A DNA stretch of 64,000 nucleotides from an uncultured Bacteroidales bacterium (GCA_964428185.1 CAYRXH010000005.1:10772-74771); one strand, 5' to 3'. Counted from the stretch's first letter, positions 15,001 to 20,879 are shown. Notes: generated from the letters alone by a model not told the origin. Numbers and translations: made by a program.

Positions 15001-16327
15001 AGTAAAGAATGCATTGCCACATAGTAAAACAGAAAGGATGGGATCTGTTGATCGTGTAATGAAAAATCTAAATGAAAAACAAATAGCAGAATTAATTACC
15101 AAAGGTTCTACAAGAGTAGAATTATACAGAGGACATAATTATACACCAGATGATAAAAAGATAGAACAAGAGTATGTTACATATATGACTAATGCGGGAA
15201 TACGTGTAGTAATTACTGCAGTGAATGAAACAAATATTTATATAAGAGCAACAGAAGAAGAACAAGTAATTCCAATGGAAATTAAAGTTGAAGAAAAACA
15301 AAAACCAGAAGGAATTGCAACAGTTCATGATAAAGCTAAAGAAGTTGTGGGAATAAATGAATCAATCAATGATAATTTTGTTGGAAAGGGAAATTATTAT
15401 GTACACGTAAGAGATTCTAATTTTAAAAGGCTAAGAGTAACTACAGTATTAAATTCACAAACAGACATTAATAATGTACTTAAAGATGTTTCATATGATG
15501 AAATGAATTTAAGGACTAAACTTGCAATTAGTGATGGCAATATAGCAGACAGAGTGTTAAAACAATTTATACCAATGTTGCCAAATGTAATTCTTGTAGA
15601 AGAATATGCTAAGATTGTAAATTCTCCTATAATTGATGAGTTTGTTAAAGTTGTTAAGGAAGAATATGGTAAGTTAGGCATTGATAATCCAATCATTGAA
15701 TATATTAACAATGATACTATGTTGAGAGCTATAGGTGTAGAATATATTAGAGCTATAATGTTAAGTAGAAAACTTAATGATATACAAAGTATTGTTAATC
15801 CTGGTGGTAGAGTTAGTGTAGTTGGACTTAATGACATATCAGCATTTAAAAAGTATGGCAATATGGAGGTACAAGGAACAACAGATACAGTATTTATAAC
15901 AAGAGAAAAAGGGATGTTTGTTCATTATGTATTAGACTATAAGACATATAAAGCAGATGTTAAAGGTCTTGAATCAGATGCAATGAATAAAGCGATGCAA
16001 CAAGTAAAAACATATTCTGATATGATAACTTCAACATATCAAATTAGACCTGGTGGATATATGGTAATGAAAGTTATGAAGTTATCAGAATTTATTAAAC
16101 AAACTAGAATAAGGTTTGAAGAAGGAAAAGTAAAAGTTGATGGAATACCAAATAATATGGTATTTTTGAAAGCTGAAAAGTATAATTCTATGGATATGAA
16201 AAAACATATAGAAGATATTCAGAAAACAACTAATGAAATCAATGATTTATTAAGTTCAGAAGTTAATGCTCAGGTTATATCAGATATAAAGAAAAATAAT
16301 GGAGAAGCTAATAATATAAATTGCTAA
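1..16327 (+). CDS. Giant multidomain virion-RNAP polyprotein (crAss-type two-barrel RNA polymerase fused to hydrophobic N-terminal segments, SF1 helicase-like ATPase, zincin motif and RecB-like nuclease). The 5' end is probably outside the window.
   Basis: The ORF track gives 125..16327 (5400 aa). The same frame (codons from nt 2) has no stop back to the window edge. Motifs read in the translation: GNAGTGKT, ILDEAG, GDNQQ, HEIFH, RKPTSTLSSGG...DSDFDIDR, D..DYK..QVKTY. Confidence 0.85.
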   Translation, partial: IQNSGDKIKNIYDVDPATLKRYDIDEGKVGEIQQKASSAWNMAGFFNYHNSHSNNVQETPTARKIASATGHKFNYGDYVSTDIYMTDTPGMLFGMRYMTDEELAELRDTKWNKELIKKYGKDLVNYSADGAGEIVTVNGETLLLWKSLTYDENGMPHWEWVDLNNSQIQGRLRPIYGPTPMSRTGFGAFSKGLFNVIAQVPSIVGSAMEQIENAILLGVDEFIDLNPNEYYIESVDDKRPSYLLQNLSGMFMFHNSYRGQLDSSFGSEGFMFSAGNVIGQVAVMIALSAFLTPAAGYLYAGLSAGDSFNQVAKESNVPVDQRLAMYAGSVITALAVERFGRMIGLSPFEQFGVRSGVYKGITQYAKEMAEKRTGITIQRMYEASLKDKKIWQKLYMKNFYKQTFSKYAMYNAMGSVEATLRQSTGEGLEEVMQLPLDNLMYAVHDYVNQEEILYSQIADVEESKRKFLLDYDYRDSMLRNYVRNTFTLGNMSSHFILGFIGGLGGSSVGMAIRKLSKDPSIKNHREMNLLTLYMISKGNIEKIEKAAKELYLGKKGGKAPLSFTHTDGTTPVNIGDKSLNEIAYEAFLQDIKSVKHIIEELKLNSFNINGSMARDKEFLHDVLNLSNEYFIAKTKVEKLNEEIAILRNEKGNESTIQSKEKELADATANMNDVKSKIHEYTTPESNRKPFSKQANDRIRAYAYAEEISKQQLKQLRDNHEKLLKEKKIKPGSKKEKELLHNIALEVMQSMPKYNEVKKTWTSVGENFNKDVLEDHNNSVNELVSIFDSIEISISEALKKADPSVNLSGVRLSSIIEQGNMLLSRIAERKYIDLHKQLAASEGMEYVVDPDLDVSDLTYEAALELRNNINKTFSDKGLRYSNKDDANIDLINILELYAGKGGLVIDGSTQNGQILLDLLSRNGFEFNRISKEIDSGKLPGIEKNINHVDSNISISSPGKEGNKLNFYVADSSKMSIEEILYLRGLMIYNNVRNNILDENGNVKKVDVDIEANMIALDNVIDALALIKARRVFDSAMGKVKENVLDFRQDKDGERIYDEDVLTNDDKIANEAIKEEIEVLENDVNKLIEQLKETDVYKNSIAEIIASSEAKRKLGFWITALTDGNEPLTAGVQLLKKAKIGNIEYLIKELIGFNKKLIREENELRENGYNTDKMSQRNRVLINSAIEVLERAIFKAYTDVENPGAKEYIKEWIKLQMDIYFTPVMNDSNSKNVYFLNYFRNHMAYNIVDPLHQGVSSIKDAFTEGKKAQNYNPSYHWMVNYLHTMINSDMSLLKNNITSAIENLNTYIPSLEQQLVQIYIQSVLQKKYIDDFVIQYDMGKYKQAIGMVDENGEVVTIEKAKEIYAKMQDGNLKTEYAKVIAKYESSMYPKFENDDTMFMNHGVTLVGNAGTGKTEMTGLSALIYAINNGLSHVKLSVVASDIDLIEKITNSINRVFGEYNKNSEQKITFEVKKSLLQDVLSKDGNSDDNSYIINSSDLVILDEAGRLDDQMLKKIRKLHKASNINKHTGFLFLGDNQQIQVHPKDMSAQASGMNVAMQTIHTMPLQYSFRSGNTIISELNRWWGERVFSSQWVGNLVPTPPTMYYEESSDGIRDGGKYYSSIDEIVEDYIKRRKAIGEKAIIVFETQEAFDEYRKKHPGVFSNDISGVRVLYNNLLSTDPNLLRSIQGGEVSEVYVAIEPADTRNRLVPVDKTVYPMMMTTATSRAMRFVGSIMDNAKSLNKKTDKSFKIYEKPTSDKIKEIAEANKELIRLENKNEFPDLHRIVFYSRYNYLYEDEGKEEDEGKEEDEGKEEDEGKEEDKGKEKDKGKEKDKGKKEGEGKGKRKSTNKKTKKENKKNFIFQESGYKAMAYINGESVSVTVLFHYMEGDVEKVMTAEHGPLLIDNLIEKNPITEEAYRSDTYVSRDNYNYAITPGVVSESDWNKVSSKNKLVLGKIKAIKTKLLQGAYDGSLLKDSSSKVIKIIYSNIPENYVNAVSHEYKKDVEVKTVGFYNQIKIMVNINMLNIQNEEEYNLINSMADSEGWVQVGNVYTFNNGSSDISDTAVIEKMKSEYKSSYVSSSNTSIDKQLDGVYRMANYFKGGKTYTSEEFKDILGDDHVHMTHHMASSGIVPVDALDIDSAMNPSMSEDKKIIITFLSKNKFGSDIVAIANTINLKDKTEMDHNYLTVLKEDIEILKQLKSGVITDEEYKKLSDNIALRMMYIAANRSAVGMTTQFNAKLRLDDVTTLSYIKEYIERLEDFLKDSNNHEQLYVPAWDKGEIKFNNLYTRVFGITNNMFIDVNKLGDMPKPKDSGSRLESADSSLRDTGIDTKDTDLDTKPKEPSIDKSTESLKKKTRAFMERDNSEVEWVDITNEIIDLAVSQIGQSEFDNIVWNTDKFRKGVVGAISNAKMHIKMHNGKIAKGVIQHEIFHLIFRYGITNESRVRVIEQYKSNQIAKGNYSVENKTYDDIEEMMANEFMAMETEPEPTSLWGKLVRFMRRLVDRFMAFFTDQTKVSSYDSLVKYIQKGYYANKINVDRSIVYGDAYMEEIDNSENYEEYDNSEDQLNNEELLEVYEMFKDNTSKVMISKFAKNAILNGTIYGQGDGSNVHISIEDSINELKQEIKNTLKNSNENTFKIRNPETGQIYDIRTMSPTEYKRIVPEHLRDYDLYFYGLFYGLSDKKLDNRINAFVKTLFPNAKTKQDYNILFRESNLKPAIETMSNPIRDLLSGLVVEMFTYKEVRKNTYLDTDSGSKLYSNLPYINNNAIYKIAGIISEAVALGRIKTTNIEEGLIQMAKEIENAALSEVKVKGASHYNFMADQLMTVAKYLYNEADINNSNPTSIWGRMKKTDNKLVKSHLEMFVVAFKVQMQSITRRNVALINTRTGIRFKDSSELGIYKSNKKNSIIKKIYDNGSTYTEKAIQLFSRTSLTQKYHVRKDGEGVSIYGRTTDGELPLVTFKTTYNGVVLAEYNKDIQPSFMAHYFSEILNSIGFWTRTTEMLDILENYVKYSGAIGNVMHNSSGRFLPVTVAGFLTSVQLGTQGQYIKNLISKINKTTAGHPVRDGGIGQAIDFVSDLWIPVFRSRDPKNISNGLQKKIDDLIGVLKYNDIYSKELEEKITPVLNSIKEISQFYRELIEQFRGSKNLTSDIDIMNVPEEDINVEEQRNNITPSPLNFDITFNVLYEVSHEMKMSHNKNYRIDGTVDAYNVQSGNSAKVVKQFVGSRALPKKYSRLRKAKAEVRYASENRNRALTMLFNPLFPSDNDDPLIDVYQMAHVTDYVEYGRGVTDMEPGDALMAELTAVITGLKKDDAIIGKSVFGDNNHLFLYEVEGNMKYYLLQALAETTSGKPINLNENVSLNNPMKYTLKLLKNAFMSCHVSHVNSVLNLLDSMKSLLVKTNIESSAKGEQDYLIELGLVTGLIEYVGKFAVYSKNLEETAHEYHFKDVILRMNDILKRLETIYGDSKNTYDKLLEMGAVDGKDIKLSNGKLILGTAASFNTQSVYKEKGGFERFTVDDYVYNGVSMYGTDKTESIMKFNPTTMKEATDKLWGMFGVEMNIYQNYIYNVLKQNRTNKDVNKFFSSIIGTDGSGVILRKGTNEAPIYNPGMFFYYLYYHFVNQAMDHAISGHAFNYTSPEVNSIRKKMFETPGENATASETGLGETYKVAILKDTEIPVMVEMYNMAVEDSEKVTVEEIATITDGASIDTAIGRMLLLNSFGNKLSGLTATALKFAYADYNWHTDEVVIKKDSQLSITPEDVLLSPEKHLALEYIALAQFDKSLADKFIEIYSDNVNKGKRRDHAFAAAVEYAYNVIQDMRKSNPKIIENVIVSITHPSAIKIGARNVNNITLDNILEAKQLNTISLHTESLRMIFNPDSEIENSRGEVLFKQAYHLGSGALNPDDALQMETELSVAILKSMEKLGMNKDGKLDEANFTAKSIMEKALSKTRTGMEQTMTVGTAIDLLDATRKRFDLIQFANINSKVIQSLSKMITESSAKIRFTGTGYNQVVDVLYKVYDVTILNDDGYKSTMTVTKNGLDTLMQRYSADKLTISKPRALKEMGVKNGKATRGEVIAQTVNMHKFGIRPGEHYMAELMLMDVKVQDKVLTINIMDISEDGMYNGVKIFNEKGNIKDVKNATLLETEGSKEFANHLDKINSFKKSLDLQLYRKPTSTLSSGGLYVVVEFRSDNSAITSSKKIAWDDSDFDIDRLYGYEYSLDDYVHDKKTGEKEYTHGVHLDNVLTMINKAYDNLAANGDLRVSISTKQLEELDVVKNHNKIKSSINTPQSSHTIRQQNYEGKKAIDRYANILTTTAMLIKIAKMGDLSKNILHNESYDGIFEQASNIVRNFFNVSNYKDIIQKAILLQAAIDNVKQAMLGKTGLSRHATNEITAMLYGNNSMKRIVKFMNHPLVREIYDEIDRNNRLTTNGRITTTFMLLAKKAYVESGGKSYFFEKPDNINEIQNKFYKLKTQDQILAQYHNMVKGIESSEKLSDEKKQQAVQRAFLYLQNSLGHEKEIRKYVYYILQQYSLAGEIFKRITFLTDVMDGVKSKSYEEDSLIRLVENAFGKPFDSIDFTEAGFGKELLNHDDEVVDRLVKWEAVNNDIYIRMEDEVKGAYLFMIEHINKIFKIGNLFQVMPLMRTHAMIHQYRNSIVSETIHTNSKQIEDIRQRIMKNLGIGISTNKSRFYAFQNAINSMFLSEAFNKFIDSHPIFSSGFNMEYFELIEGGIKVNENNEGYKNIDLRSAITGRSRFIKRFPSYIMNFAEYLNALNFANLVLSRDPKNQRAIETRDMIISNLKNSYYVKDTTAIEESLKKFQGDNFFNYVTVYGENYNQLLVIRDSVQLRESVTMFMSIQEMFRALPEEIRDMFAIYELILNEMKIKKSSLYDVIGPDIFEKLVPYFPTAQQFLENASFDTILENIALSDDILYAEYNEDSDTVKSKLLERMKLTDTKKTYIKNKTVKKYNNKDEIVKLVGIDEVTDEGRSFEFIGMPVWNVAVKNALPHSKTERMGSVDRVMKNLNEKQIAELITKGSTRVELYRGHNYTPDDKKIEQEYVTYMTNAGIRVVITAVNETNIYIRATEEEQVIPMEIKVEEKQKPEGIATVHDKAKEVVGINESINDNFVGKGNYYVHVRDSNFKRLRVTTVLNSQTDINNVLKDVSYDEMNLRTKLAISDGNIADRVLKQFIPMLPNVILVEEYAKIVNSPIIDEFVKVVKEEYGKLGIDNPIIEYINNDTMLRAIGVEYIRAIMLSRKLNDIQSIVNPGGRVSVVGLNDISAFKKYGNMEVQGTTDTVFITREKGMFVHYVLDYKTYKADVKGLESDAMNKAMQQVKTYSDMITSTYQIRPGGYMVMKVMKLSEFIKQTRIRFEEGKVKVDGIPNNMVFLKAEKYNSMDMKKHIEDIQKTTNEINDLLSSEVNAQVISDIKKNNGEANNINC
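809..1012 (+). other. Gly/Ala-rich hydrophobic (membrane-insertion-like) segments in the giant protein
   Basis: FMFSAGNVIGQVAVMIALSAFLTPAAGYLYAGLSAG and LAMYAGSVITALAV. A further segment, HFILGFIGGLGGSSVGMAI, lies at about 1481-1540. These resemble channel-forming ejection or tape-measure segments. Confidence 0.4.
4214..5180 (+). other. SF1 (RecD-like) helicase/ATPase-like module in the giant protein
   Basis: Walker A GNAGTGKT (nt 4214-4237, aa 1364-1371 counted from the ATG at 125). Walker B VILDEAG (DE at 4499-4504). FLGDNQQIQ at about 4595. C-terminal TTATSRAMRFV resembles SF1 motif VI (TRA-type). Confidence 0.6.
5378..5521 (+). repeat. In-frame tandem repeat, 8 x 18 bp, encoding a charged EDEGKE to KDKGKE linker
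   Basis: gaagacgaaggaaaagag occurs 4 times perfectly, followed by 4 progressively diverged copies (E to K substitutions). Protein reads EDEGKEEDEGKEEDEGKEEDEGKEEDKGKEKDKGKEKDKGKKEGEGKG. Confidence 0.95.
7277..7291 (+). other. HExxH zincin metalloprotease motif (HEIFH) in the giant protein
   Basis: VIQHEIFHLIFRYG is followed about 45 aa later by IEEMMANEFMAM, a possible third-ligand Glu (gluzincin-like arrangement). Confidence 0.5.
12614..12628 (+). other. DxDxD catalytic metal-binding motif (DFDID) of a two-barrel RNA polymerase
   Basis: LYRKPTSTLSSGGLYVVVEF...KKIAWDDSDFDIDRLYGY parallels the beta-prime pattern RQPSLH...NADFDGD. aa 4164-4168 counted from the ATG at 125. Confidence 0.75.
15884..16015 (+). 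other. RecB/Cas4-type PD-(D/E)xK nuclease core at the C-terminus of the giant protein
   Basis: GTTD(5254)TVFITREKGMFVHYVLD(5271)YK(5273)TYK, then QQVKTY (QxxxY, 16001-16015). Confidence 0.6.
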
Positions 16328-16331
16328 TTAT

Positions 16332-19300
16332 ATGGAATGTGTATTATATAATGGACAGGTAATATCTCAACAAATATTTGAAGATAAGATAAGGGATGAA
16401 ATATTTAATAGAGCAAAAGCATATAATGCTTCATTATATATTCCTGTTAAAAATGGATTAAATGATACTATATCAAAAATACAAAATGAAACATTAACAG
16501 AAACAGATAGTTATATAAATGAAGATATAAAGAAAAGAGCAGATACAATTGAATTATTGCAATATAAGTATGAGCAGTTATCTGGAACAAATCCTACTAA
16601 TATTACAAAGAGTTTATTAAATTATGTACAACAGAAGTTAAATGTTACTACACAAAAAGCCTTACAGGGGGTATTTAAGCACATTGGAGATAGGAATAAT
16701 GTATTAATTCATTTTCATAATAAAACGCCACAGTATCGAGATAAACAAGTTTTAGGATGGTATTCTGATGGTGATATTAATTATAATGCAAATGAGATTA
16801 CAATAGATACCTATATGCATGAATTTTCTCATTTATGGATGAAGGTATTAAAGTCTAAAGATATAAATACATATGATGAAATTATTCAAAAGGTAGAAAA
16901 TTTTTTAAAATCTGATACTCCTTTTGCTAAACTTGTTAATAAAAGATTAGCATCATATCCTAATGAATCTGTTGCGGAAGAAGCAGCAGCAATAATTGCT
17001 GGATTTGTATCATTGCCTGCTTTTATGAAGTTTGTATCTAATGAATTATCATTAAATGATATGAGTTATTCCGAAATAGTAGAATTATTTGGGGATAATA
17101 TAGCAAATATATATATGCATGTGAGAAATGAATTTGATATGATATCTTCATTGTCTGATATAGATATACCATCATCAAACTTGTATTCAATATTTAATGC
17201 GTTTGTTAATGATATATTTAATGGTAACAATCCTTTTGAAATTTATGGGGAGACATTAGAACAATTAAAAGTACAAGGAGATTTAAATGGGTACATGGAA
17301 AATAATGTTGGTACTGAAAATATTATTACTACTATATCTGACTTTAAGAATGCTTTAAAAAATGATGTTATTAAAAGAAAAGAATTTGAAGAAATGACTT
17401 CTGTTGAGATTGAAGATTTTATCAAGTCTCATTTTAATAAGTTTTCATATAAGAAGATTAATGGACAATGGGTGTGGAGTATGATGGGATATGAAATAGA
17501 AATAGATGTTACTAAAGATGGAATAACACCTGAAAGTATATCTTCTATTAAAAATTTAGTTTTAACAGTTACAGATAAACAATTGGATACATGGATTGAA
17601 GTAGGTAATAAAATTGCAGCAACACAATCAAGCAGAAGGATATCACCTACAAATAATCCTGCTGCTGATGTTATATTAGATACTTTTAAAACAAGATATG
17701 GTAATACAAAGTATAATGTATCAACTGCAAAAAAAATTGCAGATATAATGGGATTTAGTACAGGAGTTCATGATGTATTTAGATTAGAAGATATTGTACA
17801 AAAATATCCTAGTGTTTTTGGTTTTATTGATAAAAATCTTATTAAAGAATTAAATGTTTTAGTAGTATTACATAACGACCCAAGAGGAGATGATCCATCT
17901 GTTCAAATATCATTGTTTTCTCTTGAAAAAATTGTTAATCATATAAGTCCATCAAAGGAAAAAAATATTTTTAATAAATTTGAATCAGTACAAGATAAAG
18001 ATGTTATTAAGCATGGAGCAGCATTAAGAAATAATTCATCATCTATTAATAATTTAATGCTTGGATTTGTTGTTGCTCATTTAGCAAACAATATTAAGAA
18101 TTTACGAATAAGAACAATTGCAACATTAGAGATGACAAGAGAGTTTAGACCTGCTCCAATAGAATTAAATGTATTAATGAAAGCAATTGGATATATAAAA
18201 AATGTTCCTGCATTATTTAATTTGATACAAAATGAAGAAATTAAAAATATTATAGAGAAAGCTAATGATAATAAATATACTTGGCTTAATCAAAGTGCTG
18301 AAGACAAACTTAAAACATTTTACTATAATGGAGTGTATTATTCATCAGATACAGAAGAATTTATAAAAGGGAAATCTACAGAATATTTTTCAATGACCAA
18401 AACTGAAAAGAAAAGTTTTCTTAGAGCAAGAATGAAGTACTTAGAAAATTATTATGGAACATCATCTTCATCTGCACTTATGGCTGACCCTGAATATAAG
18501 TTAATAGCAAATGAATATAAAAGTCTTGACGATATTGGTTATTCAGTTGAGCAGCTGAATCAGGCTGCAGAAAAAGAAATGGGATTTAGACATGAAATAA
18601 TAAAAAAATTAGCATTACCACATAATATAAAATCTGATGTTGTTCAATGGGCAATTAATTCAATACAGACAAATGAAAGATTGGTAATTCATCATTTTAG
18701 GAAATACAGAGATGAATTTCATAAAGTGTTAAAACCTGTATGGAAAAACAGAACAAGTGTATTGCCTAAGATGAGTGATATTGGTTCAAAGACATTTGAA
18801 CATATGTTTATTACAAAAGAACAAGATGGAATAAAATTTAAATTACCATATATATATTTTAATGGTCATGAAATATTTAAAGGCATGACTGAATCACAAA
18901 AAAGAGAAGAACTTAATAGATTGAATTTAACAGAAGATGATTTAGCACTTGGTGATTTTATTATGGAGGCTGTTGAAAATGCTTTGATAGAGGCTGAATT
19001 TATAGACTTACAGAATGCGGCAACAAATGTAGATCAAGCAAATAAAGTTACCAAAGCAGAAGCAAAAGAATCAATATTAAAAAAAGGATGGAGAAAAGAA
19101 ACAGGACAAGTATTTGTAATTTCAAAATCAGCTTCTGAATTAACAGCATCTGGCAAAATTAAAGCAGGTTATGAAAGATTTAAACAACAATCTGTTGATA
19201 TAAATACAATATTTGAGGATCAAGTTTTAGTTGAAGAATTAGGAACGCTAAGAAATACATTTAGTAATCAATTGTCCCATGATATATTATTACAAATGGC

Positions 19301-20873
19301 AGGAATAGAGTATCAAGGTGACAATAAATATAGGTTATTTGACAAAGAAAAAAATGATAGAATGTCAACTAATCTAGAAACAATTACTAATTATGCTGTG
19401 ATGTCATCTATAAGACAATTAATACACTCAAGAGAATCTGAATTTGTATATAAAGCAGCATTAGCTATGATAAATGATATGTGGCAATTTGCAGCAAGTA
19501 ATGATAAAAAATCATATGAAAGATTAAAAGAATATTTAGAAGAATATTGGGAATCAATGGTTAAAGGAAAAAGAATTGATGGAGAACTAACCTTATGGAT
19601 GGGGAAAAAATCTCCTAAAGTTAATATTATGGCAGGAGTTGATATGGCTACACGTGCTATGAGTTTTTCATTAATAGCATATAGACCTAAATTAGTATTA
19701 AAGTCATTTTCATATAATTTATTTAATGCTATTTTATGGGGGGCTGGTAATATATTTGGAAGGGGAGAAGGATTGCCTACATTAACAGACATAATGAAAG
19801 CGTCTGCTATATATGCTAGGGAATATGAAAGAGTTGTACATTGGGCTTCTTTTTATCAAATTGCAAATGCAAGCGCATATGAAACATTAAATTCTGCTGT
19901 GCAAAATGTATCTAAAAAATATGCGCTTAATGATCAAGTTGGATATATCGCATTGCAATTTACTGATGAAGCATGGAGACATATTGTAATGTTATCTTAT
20001 TTAATAAAAGATGGTTCATGGGATGCTCATACATACCATATAGACGAAAATGGAAATGGTGTTATAAAGTATGATGAAAAAAATGATAAAAGATTGTATG
20101 AAGATGGAGTATTAACAGAAAAAGGAAAAGTTTTAAAAGCAGCTATAAAAAATGACCTTGTAGAGCAAGGATTAATGGATGAATCAGATACAGAATTAAA
20201 ATATGGTTATGATATGCAGGAAGCTGTTATGATGAAAACTTTAGCGGATAAATGGGTTATAGGTTCTATGTCAGCTGATGCTGCAGCAAACATAACACAT
20301 GATATTTTAGGAAGACAATTTGCTAAATTCAGAAGATTTGTATTTGATAATTTAGCAAATATGGGTTTAGGAACAGACCCTGGATTGTCTAGAGTATTAT
20401 CAAGAAGGGTTGTTAAACAAGATGAAGAAGGTAATTATTATTCTGTAAAAGAGATGAGAGAGGTTGTGGGTGTTATACAATCTTGGATACAAGCATTTAA
20501 TGTATTTAAAGAACACAGATTTAAAGGATTTTCAGAATTACAAAATTTATCAGAAGCAAGTAAAGCTAATTTATCTCGTTCATTATTATGGATAGTATTA
20601 TTGCTAATTTTAAAAGCATTATTTGGTAAATTTAGAGATGAAGATGAAAGAAGAAGATATTATCTTGACTTACATAGATGGTTAATAGATACAAGTGTAT
20701 GGAACAATGTATCAGATATAGAAAGGTCTCCATTTCCAATGTATGGAGCATTTCAAAGATTTATAGAAACAGGAATTAATGATCCTATTAGATTATTATA
20801 TTATTTACCAGGAGGAGGATTAGTAAAAGATACACAAGAAATTATTAATTCATTTGAAAAAGAAAATAAATAA
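16332..20873 (+). CDS. Large virion/ejection-associated protein (1513 aa) with an N-terminal HExxH zincin motif and a C-terminal hydrophobic segment
   Basis: The ORF starts 4 nt after the giant ORF stop. YMHEFSHLWMK is followed about 50 aa later by VAEEAAAIIAGF. A TM-like segment LLWIVLLLILKALFG lies near the C-terminus. Confidence 0.8.
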   Translation: MECVLYNGQVISQQIFEDKIRDEIFNRAKAYNASLYIPVKNGLNDTISKIQNETLTETDSYINEDIKKRADTIELLQYKYEQLSGTNPTNITKSLLNYVQQKLNVTTQKALQGVFKHIGDRNNVLIHFHNKTPQYRDKQVLGWYSDGDINYNANEITIDTYMHEFSHLWMKVLKSKDINTYDEIIQKVENFLKSDTPFAKLVNKRLASYPNESVAEEAAAIIAGFVSLPAFMKFVSNELSLNDMSYSEIVELFGDNIANIYMHVRNEFDMISSLSDIDIPSSNLYSIFNAFVNDIFNGNNPFEIYGETLEQLKVQGDLNGYMENNVGTENIITTISDFKNALKNDVIKRKEFEEMTSVEIEDFIKSHFNKFSYKKINGQWVWSMMGYEIEIDVTKDGITPESISSIKNLVLTVTDKQLDTWIEVGNKIAATQSSRRISPTNNPAADVILDTFKTRYGNTKYNVSTAKKIADIMGFSTGVHDVFRLEDIVQKYPSVFGFIDKNLIKELNVLVVLHNDPRGDDPSVQISLFSLEKIVNHISPSKEKNIFNKFESVQDKDVIKHGAALRNNSSSINNLMLGFVVAHLANNIKNLRIRTIATLEMTREFRPAPIELNVLMKAIGYIKNVPALFNLIQNEEIKNIIEKANDNKYTWLNQSAEDKLKTFYYNGVYYSSDTEEFIKGKSTEYFSMTKTEKKSFLRARMKYLENYYGTSSSSALMADPEYKLIANEYKSLDDIGYSVEQLNQAAEKEMGFRHEIIKKLALPHNIKSDVVQWAINSIQTNERLVIHHFRKYRDEFHKVLKPVWKNRTSVLPKMSDIGSKTFEHMFITKEQDGIKFKLPYIYFNGHEIFKGMTESQKREELNRLNLTEDDLALGDFIMEAVENALIEAEFIDLQNAATNVDQANKVTKAEAKESILKKGWRKETGQVFVISKSASELTASGKIKAGYERFKQQSVDINTIFEDQVLVEELGTLRNTFSNQLSHDILLQMAGIEYQGDNKYRLFDKEKNDRMSTNLETITNYAVMSSIRQLIHSRESEFVYKAALAMINDMWQFAASNDKKSYERLKEYLEEYWESMVKGKRIDGELTLWMGKKSPKVNIMAGVDMATRAMSFSLIAYRPKLVLKSFSYNLFNAILWGAGNIFGRGEGLPTLTDIMKASAIYAREYERVVHWASFYQIANASAYETLNSAVQNVSKKYALNDQVGYIALQFTDEAWRHIVMLSYLIKDGSWDAHTYHIDENGNGVIKYDEKNDKRLYEDGVLTEKGKVLKAAIKNDLVEQGLMDESDTELKYGYDMQEAVMMKTLADKWVIGSMSADAAANITHDILGRQFAKFRRFVFDNLANMGLGTDPGLSRVLSRRVVKQDEEGNYYSVKEMREVVGVIQSWIQAFNVFKEHRFKGFSELQNLSEASKANLSRSLLWIVLLLILKALFGKFRDEDERRRYYLDLHRWLIDTSVWNNVSDIERSPFPMYGAFQRFIETGINDPIRLLYYLPGGGLVKDTQEIINSFEKENK
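16818..16832 (+). other. HExxH zincin motif (HEFSH) in the 1513-aa protein
   Basis: DTYMHEFSHLWMKVL, aa 163-167. It has the same HExxH...EE-x-A-A arrangement as at nt 7277. Confidence 0.5.
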
Positions 20874-20879
20874 AATATT

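Noticed and set aside
14707-15861. Long antisense ORFs inside the giant genes (14707..15102, 15397..15861 and 19391..19792, plus the shorter ones listed between 1.6 and 17.4 kb)
   Set aside because: They are fully nested opposite well-supported coding frames and are L/S/I/T/F-rich with low complexity, as is typical of mirror frames. They have no start context or motifs.
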